Source: Acanthaster planci (Eukaryota). Taken from it: a stretch of 64,000 bases of DNA. The notes below the pieces were generated by a model. That model saw only the letters and a program-made list of their open reading frames with translations, was not told the DNA's origin and did not search any database. Location: contig NW_019091360.1 in assembly GCF_001949145.1 (NCBI RefSeq), positions 3,532,864 through 3,596,863 of the forward strand. The letters are read 5' to 3'. The translations under genes and the position numbers were made by a program. Positions 62,801-64,000 of the stretch are shown piece after piece (within the stretch, counting starts at the first letter, position 1; each line of letters starts with the position of its first letter).

Positions 62801-64000
62801 ATGGCACCAGCGGGGGTCTGTTCAGATGTTCCTTTCTTGGCATGGTGTGGCCTGTTGAGTTCTGAACTTGATGTCAAATACTGACATACTTATTGTTTGA
62901 TTTTGAGAGCATATGCCAGTTCATTGTGGCTCTTTGGTGAGCCTTTATTTGAGGAGACTGCCTACAGCCAGAGAGAGAAAGATAAATCTTGTTTTGAAAA
63001 TTTTTTGAAATGAACTTAACCAATTTAGGAAGTAAAAGAATTTGGACACTCAGTGTCATTAATCTGTAACATTGTTTTCATTATCGCATCATCAAGAATT
63101 GTGTCCTGTGTTGCATGGATGAAAGGATGTGTATTTAACTTTCAGTGTTTTAAAGATACATCGATATAGTTCTTTGAAACTATTTTTTACGAACTGAGGT
63201 GTGAGTAATTACTATTTTGTTGAATGAAGTGTCTTGATGTAAGTCTGAGTGATTTGTTAGCATGAGTTTGCCAGGCATGTTGCTTCTACTGTGAATAGTA
63301 GGCAATGTAAGGAAAGACTTTTTTATTTTCCCCTTGTGTAATAGACCAGATGCCTTGCTACTCCATGAAGCAAGCATTCACTAACACTGCTGTCATTGAG
63401 ATTATTAGTGTCATTTAGTGTGTATGTATTTCCATGTAGAGTTTAAAATTAAACGAAAGTCACAAGTCATTATTAGCTTATTGGACCTTTTAGGCAGAAA
63501 GTGAAAATAATGAACTTTGATTCCATTCAAAACTGTAACACTGAAAAAACATCATGCATTCTTGCTTCCAGCATCCATTTTCAAAGGCCAACCCATATTA
63601 ATTGTTTTTTTTAGGAAAATAAATTCATTGCAAGGGATTTAGTCCAGAAAATGACAAAGATCTGTGTTCAACTATGCAATATACTGCATTTCTACAAGGT
63701 TTTCATGACCTTTGTGGCATCGCAAATTGCATTGTGAAGATCAGAGCCTCCATTTTAGGAGTTCTCTTGACCAGTAGTGCCATTGCTTCGAGAAATTCTT
63801 GTTGGAACAGATTAACATATTTTAGACACTTGAAAAGCTCAAATGCACTCACTTTTATGAATTGCAAACTCCCGCATACAAGTGCTGTTTAGGTCAGTTA
63901 TTTCTTGTAGTCTGATTCCAAGGTGTTCTGGTCTCCTCTTCACAGCCTTTCAGTGTGCCGGCCTTCGAAGCCAAGCTGCTGCAGGACCCCAACTTGCCAG
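2654..64000 (+). CDS. TTN: Giant titin/connectin-family protein (sallimus/zormin-like; spectrin repeats + ~20 I-set Ig domains incl. titin Z1-Z4-like); multi-exon, 5' and 3' partial
   Basis: ~56 exons with AG/GT boundaries and matching intron phases give one continuous frame (except across N-gaps). Ig motifs PxF...C.V.G.P.P.V.WYKDG...L.I....ED.G.Y.C.A.N..G recur, and the N-terminal part has spectrin-type helices. No start or stop codon in the main path. Confidence 0.85.
3222..3330 (+). CDS. exon 2, spectrin region FSDKLEKAN...HHKIRE
   Basis: ttcctctag|TTC ... GAAG|gtaag, phase 0-1; not in ORF track. Confidence 0.88.
3357..3513. mobile_element. small hAT-like MITE
   Basis: TIR CAGGGATGTGAG / CTCACAACCTTG (10/12) and four internal TTCAGCTTT repeats. 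Confidence 0.55.
3842..4086 (+). CDS. exon 3, spectrin region DILTSSMD...DQEVNQ
   Basis: atag|AC ... CAG|gtagg, phase 1-0. Confidence 0.9.
4500..4619 (+). CDS. exon 4, spectrin helix A ISDWIKTRGEDYL...QTSAE
   Basis: ttttcag|ATC ... GAA|gtaag, phase 0-0; conserved spectrin Trp. Confidence 0.9.
4888..5079 (+). CDS. exon 5, spectrin region DMQGNVHQL...FYKNAEL
   Basis: tcag|GAT ... CTT|gtaag, phase 0-0. Confidence 0.9.
5672..5884 (+). CDS. exon 6, spectrin region AQTYLSQ...KLDLLE
   Basis: ttcag|GCC ... GAG|gtggg, phase 0-0. Confidence 0.88.
6372..6584 (+). CDS. exon 7, spectrin region TQSERLQ...VKWLV...MDDIL
   Basis: ttttcctag|ACC ... TTA|gtaag, phase 0-0. Confidence 0.9.
7031..7228 (+). CDS. 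exon 8, spectrin region ERAKQV...FHKHTKQ
   Basis: tttcacag|GAA ... CAG|gtggg, phase 0-0. Confidence 0.9.
8112..8285 (+). CDS. exon 9, spectrin region LTNAME...LSEASA
   Basis: tttacag|TTG ... GCT|gtgag, phase 0-0. Confidence 0.88.
8802..8981 (+). CDS. exon 10, spectrin region IKNDPEL...VQDARQ
   Basis: cccacag|ATC ... CAG|gtaaa, phase 0-0. Confidence 0.9.
9407..9532 (+). CDS. exon 11, spectrin region TMDKAHR...EDIAK
   Basis: ttgtag|ACC ... AAG|gtagg, phase 0-0. Confidence 0.85.
9901..10089 (+). CDS. exon 12, spectrin region RVSDELK...FYDNVNK
   Basis: gtttag|CGA ... AAG|gtaag, phase 0-0. Confidence 0.9.
10587..10772 (+). CDS. exon 13, spectrin region LNKAMDE...AGIQKI
   Basis: ttcttgtag|CTC ... 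ATT|gtaag, phase 0-0. Confidence 0.9.
11136..11285 (+). CDS. exon 14, spectrin region DPVSVSK...MHKSE
   Basis: gtccag|GAT ... GAG|gtaag, phase 0-0. Confidence 0.88.
11628..11750 (+). CDS. exon 15, spectrin region LTVNLAK...WRSKIE
   Basis: atgcag|CTG ... GAG|gtgag, phase 0-0. Confidence 0.85.
12442..12633 (+). CDS. exon 16, spectrin region PLEDQIK...FQKLFKT
   Basis: ctctcccag|CCC ... ACA|gtaag, phase 0-0. Confidence 0.9.
13089..13272 (+). CDS. exon 17, spectrin region TVEWQNKG...AKELYG
   Basis: attag|ACT ... TATG|gtgag, phase 0-1. Confidence 0.88.
13502..13743 (+). CDS. exon 18, end of spectrin region plus charged EK-rich helix
   Basis: cactcacag|GA ... GAG|gtagg, phase 1-0. Confidence 0.9.
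14217..14351 (+). CDS. exon 19, acidic Pro/Glu/Val/Lys-rich linker LSKPPVVETP...VGPVE
   Basis: ccctttcag|TTG ... GAG|gtatg, phase 0-0. Confidence 0.8.
14479..15972. mobile_element. non-autonomous TIR DNA transposon (hAT- or P-like), 1.49 kb
   Basis: TIR CAGGGTTTGCCCTTAAC / GTTAATGTCGAACCCTG; exact 7-bp direct flanks CATAAAC (14472-78, 15973-79); no transposase ORF. Confidence 0.7.
16826..16954 (+). CDS. exon 20 (probably alternative), linker SPPKPLV...TEEPVE
   Basis: ttcctcgcag|TCT ... GAG|gtttg, 129 nt, phase 0-0; ends in PVE like exon 19. Confidence 0.65.
17759..17857 (+). CDS. exon 21 (probably alternative), linker FSPPVIFEETLAKSEVKPAYKLDVSELDGPVEE
   Basis: ttccctttag|TTC ... GAG|gtagg, 99 nt, phase 0-0; paralogous to exon 19. 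Confidence 0.72.
18243..18347 (+). CDS. exon 22 (probably alternative), linker HPSPVAEDPL...DDDYDHI
   Basis: accccgtag|CAC ... ATA|gtaag, 105 nt, phase 0-0. Confidence 0.65.
18490..19145 (-). mobile_element. TTAA-flanked MITE (piggyBac-type ends), copy 1; interior in N-gap
   Basis: TTAA|CCACTACCAGCCGG ... CCCCGGTCCGAAGTGG|TTAA; 19081-19149 is the reverse complement of 30011-30079. Confidence 0.8.
19392..19524 (+). CDS. exon 23, linker + start of Ig1 (PYFARFTQDCTVKEG)
   Basis: tctgccag|TTT ... GCTT|gtaag, phase 0-1. Confidence 0.88.
20516..20737 (+). CDS. exon 24, Ig1 remainder
   Basis: ctcatcag|CT ... ATTT|gtaag, phase 1-1; FDCVVKGEPEP..W.KDG..GTYVCKAVN. Confidence 0.92.
21016..21190 (+). 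CDS. exon 25, Ig2 N-half
   Basis: tttcag|CT ... ATCTG|gtaag, phase 1-2 (splits the Trp codon). Confidence 0.9.
21226..21608. mobile_element. foldback MITE with ~130-bp inverted arms
   Basis: arms 21226-21354 and 21481-21608 are imperfect reverse complements; GGG(C/T)CATTC termini; TTTG direct repeat on both flanks. Confidence 0.8.
21678..21870. mobile_element. hAT-like MITE with internal 12-bp (CACAAGACCAGT-type) tandem repeats
   Basis: TIR CAGTGTTGTAGTCGAGACC / GGTCTTGACTACCACGCTG (16/19). Confidence 0.65.
21894..22063 (+). CDS. exon 26, Ig2 C-half
   Basis: ttttcag|G ... AATG|gtaag, phase 2-1; EDEGTY..ATNPVG. Confidence 0.92.
22417..22707 (+). CDS. exon 27, Ig3 (whole domain)
   Basis: cctcag|AG ... 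ACCT|gtgag, phase 1-1. Confidence 0.92.
22997..23293 (+). CDS. exon 28, Ig4 (tandem array copy 1)
   Basis: cccacag|CT ... CCG|gtaac, 297 nt, phase 1-1. Confidence 0.92.
23621..23988 (-). mobile_element. tRNA-derived SINE
   Basis: minus strand: tRNA-like head with B-box GGTTCGATT, core ATGTGGATTGGGTTTTCAGTCCCTACCTGACT, (TTA)n tail; a degenerate second core at ~23520-23605. Confidence 0.7.
24139..24429 (+). CDS. exon 29, Ig5 (array copy 2)
   Basis: tttttcag|CG ... CCAG|gtagg, 291 nt, phase 1-1. Confidence 0.92.
24900..25196 (+). CDS. exon 30, Ig6 (array copy 3)
   Basis: cccatag|GT ... CCAG|gtaat, 297 nt, phase 1-1. Confidence 0.92.
25531..25557 (+). CDS. exon 31 5' fragment, Ig7 start (YGKPPEFV), truncated by N-gap
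   Basis: tttccttag|CA TAT GGC AAG CCA CCA GAG TTT GTC matches the starts of neighbouring array exons. Confidence 0.8.
27560..27639 (+). CDS. exon 32 3' fragment, Ig8 end (EDAGVYECVAANPLGTATSTVEVMVP), 5' part in N-gap
   Basis: Ig C-terminal motif and CCAG|gtatg donor, phase 1. Confidence 0.88.
28048..28338 (+). CDS. exon 33, Ig9 (array copy)
   Basis: ctttcag|GA ... CCTG|gtaag, 291 nt, phase 1-1. Confidence 0.92.
28567..28863 (+). CDS. exon 34, Ig10 (array copy)
   Basis: tttccag|GC ... AAAG|gtaat, 297 nt, phase 1-1. Confidence 0.92.
28948..29072. mobile_element. short palindromic MITE (PIF/Harbinger-like)
   Basis: AGGCTGTGTCCGAATCTCTTGGGTATAGCTGGA pairs imperfectly with TCCGGCTGTAGCCAAGTGATTTGGACATGGTCT. 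Confidence 0.6.
29362..29667 (+). CDS. exon 35, Ig11
   Basis: tgtatag|GC ... AGAG|gtcag, 306 nt, phase 1-1. Confidence 0.9.
30015..30602 (+). mobile_element. TTAA-flanked MITE (piggyBac-type ends), copy 2, complete
   Basis: TTAA|CCACTTCATGCCGGGG ... CCCCGGCTGGTAGTGG|TTAA; interior shared with 36821-37221. Confidence 0.85.
30889..31085 (+). CDS. exon 36, linker + Ig12 N-half
   Basis: tttgtcag|CC ... GAG|gtaag, phase 1-0. Confidence 0.9.
31896..31937 (+). CDS. candidate 42-nt cassette microexon (CVKYTETRSKTVKE) inside Ig12
   Basis: tttcatttcag|TGT ... GAG|gtgcgt, phase 0-0, stop-free in a phase-0 intron. Confidence 0.5.
33437..34827. mobile_element. non-autonomous Tc1/mariner (pogo/Tigger-type) element, 1.39 kb
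   Basis: TA|CAGTTGACTCTCATTGTTACGAA ... TTTGTAATGACGAGAGTCGGCTG|TA. Confidence 0.7.
35297..35442 (+). CDS. exon 37, Ig12 C-half
   Basis: tttcacag|GTG ... TCTAA|gtaag, phase 0-2. Confidence 0.9.
35495..36254. mobile_element. non-autonomous hAT element, 760 bp
   Basis: perfect 8-bp TSD GTTAAAAG (35487-94, 36255-62); TA(-)TGCTGCA / TGCAGCACTA termini; subterminal CCGAA repeats. Confidence 0.85.
36599..36740 (+). CDS. exon 38, Ig13 N-half
   Basis: tttcctag|T ... AAG|gtaag, phase 2-0. Confidence 0.9.
36821..37221 (-). mobile_element. TTAA-family MITE copy 3 (shorter subfamily, inverted relative to copy 2)
   Basis: TTAA|CCACTCCCTGCCGGGTG ... CACCCGGCAGCAAGTGG|TTTA; ~36881-37162 is reverse-complement-similar to ~30078-30356. 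Confidence 0.8.
37386..37569 (+). CDS. exon 39, Ig13 C-half
   Basis: cttcag|GTG ... AAAG|gtaat, phase 0-1. Confidence 0.92.
37873..37976 (+). CDS. exon 40, Ig14 N-half
   Basis: tttgcag|AG ... GAG|gtagg, phase 1-0. Confidence 0.9.
38312..38492 (+). CDS. exon 41, Ig14 C-half
   Basis: tcatag|ATA AAA TGG ... GATG|gtgag, phase 0-1. Confidence 0.9.
38877..39034 (+). CDS. exon 42, Ig15 N-half
   Basis: ctcttccag|TT ... CAG|gtcgg, phase 1-0. Confidence 0.9.
39674..39803 (+). CDS. exon 43, Ig15 C-half
   Basis: tcacag|ATA ... GGAA|gtaag, phase 0-1. Confidence 0.88.
40283..40576 (+). CDS. exon 44, Ig16 (whole domain)
   Basis: acctcag|TT ... GGAG|gtgag, phase 1-1. Confidence 0.92.
44537..44570 (+). 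CDS. exon 45, 34-nt bridging microexon (G)PVVTITTESD(S)
   Basis: ttttcttag|GT ... CAG|gtaagt, phase 1-2; exactly reconciles phase 1 at 40576 with phase 2 at 53104. Confidence 0.8.
47730..48215 (+). promoter_or_regulatory. candidate internal promoter and alternative first exon for a Z1-starting isoform
   Basis: E-boxes (CAGCTG, CAGATG), CCAAT ~47906, a locally GC-richer tract ending at donor TCG|gtagga (48216); motif-level evidence only. Confidence 0.3.
49183..49192. promoter_or_regulatory. CArG box (SRF consensus) CCATATATGG
   Basis: perfect CC(A/T)6GG in the long intron upstream of the Z1 exon; such 10-mers also arise by chance. Confidence 0.3.
51800..52080. repeat. degenerate tandem repeat (~80-88 bp spacing) with TATAAACACTC core
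   Basis: core at 51807, 51895, 51975. Confidence 0.55.
53104..53255 (+). CDS. TTN: exon 46, linker with internal Met (53144) + N-half of titin Z1-like Ig
   Basis: cttgacag|T ... CAAG|gtatg, phase 2-1; PPKFSQPVKSVSLVQGKPASFEAVIQG. Confidence 0.9.
54881..55078 (+). CDS. TTN: exon 47, C-half of Z1-like Ig (...STAELVVK)
   Basis: ctgaccag|GC ... AAAG|gttag, phase 1-1. Confidence 0.92.
56050..56337 (+). CDS. TTN: exon 48, titin Z2-like Ig (APRFTQRLQSQQVREG...)
   Basis: cggcag|AT ... AGCA|gtaag, phase 1-1. Confidence 0.92.
56911..57038 (+). CDS. TTN: exon 49, Pro-rich linker (APPPPPPQ) + start of Z3-like Ig
   Basis: ccttgacag|GT ... AAG|gtaag, phase 1-0. Confidence 0.88.
57524..57782 (+). CDS. 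TTN: exon 50, titin Z3-like Ig (WYREGSKIEPSLDF...STSCQLRVT)
   Basis: ttgacag|CCC ... ACAG|gtgag, phase 0-1. Confidence 0.92.
58374..58587 (+). CDS. TTN: exon 51, linker + N-half of Z4-like Ig
   Basis: ttcctcag|GA ... TATAG|gtagg, phase 1-2. Confidence 0.9.
58621..58728. mobile_element. short palindromic MITE-like inverted repeat
   Basis: GGTTTTGCCCTTACTCAAC pairs imperfectly with GTTGGGTGAGGACAAAACC. Confidence 0.5.
59621..59763 (+). CDS. TTN: exon 52, C-half of Z4-like Ig (KTGFVSLEITMMLDDDIGEYTC)
   Basis: tgtgtag|G ... GAAG|gtaaa, phase 2-1; not in ORF track. Confidence 0.9.
59863..60035 (+). CDS. exon 53, unique linker ANYNRWARQKYEE...HDVDQE
   Basis: ctcggcag|CC ... GAG|gtaaa, phase 1-0. 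Confidence 0.88.
60804..60923 (+). CDS. motif exon A: GYKISPFEKRLLQEVAYRE...IQSAE
   Basis: ccccactag|GGT ... GAG|gtata, 120 nt, phase 0-0. Confidence 0.8.
61162..61209 (+). CDS. candidate alternative terminal exon VYSNSQFAFASKKQT*
   Basis: strong acceptor ttcattttgttttctgtag|GTG, phase 0, TGA after 15 codons, followed by a U/GU-rich tract. Confidence 0.35.
   Translation: MYSNSQFAFASKKQT
61900..61995 (+). CDS. motif exon B: GFKPSPFEKRLMREVQLRE...CPGEQ
   Basis: catcgcag|GGA ... CAG|gtaga, 96 nt, phase 0-0. Confidence 0.8.
62714..62815 (+). CDS. motif exon C: VYKVSPFETRLQKEINMRDRRRASADYPDMAPAG
   Basis: ctatcaacag|GTG ... GGG|gtctgt (weak donor; 3' end less certain), 102 nt, phase 0-0; not in ORF track. 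Confidence 0.72.
63946..64000 (+). CDS. motif exon D (runs off window): PFSVPAFEAKLLQDPNLP
   Basis: ctcctcttcacag|CCT, open frame to window end, GC-rich codons. Confidence 0.72.

Overview
Animal (invertebrate bilaterian-like, AT-rich, intron-rich) genomic DNA with three N-gaps. Nearly the whole window is one plus-strand, multi-exon gene for a giant titin/connectin-family muscle protein; it begins upstream of the window and runs off the 3' end. About 56 GT-AG exons were assembled by hand with consistent intron phases (~3,500 aa in the window). In order they encode: ~1,075 aa of spectrin-like helical repeats (CCDC141/zormin-like), four short acidic Pro-rich linker exons, 16 I-set Ig domains (8 in a tandem single-exon array, two truncated by gaps), a 34-nt bridging microexon in a 12.5-kb intronic stretch, four Ig domains resembling vertebrate titin Z1-Z4, and four duplicated exons carrying a titin/palladin-type 'SxFExRL' motif. 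Introns hold several non-autonomous DNA transposons/MITEs and a tRNA-derived SINE. No prokaryotic system, CRISPR array or RNA gene is evident. Homology calls rest on remembered sequences and need alignment to confirm.
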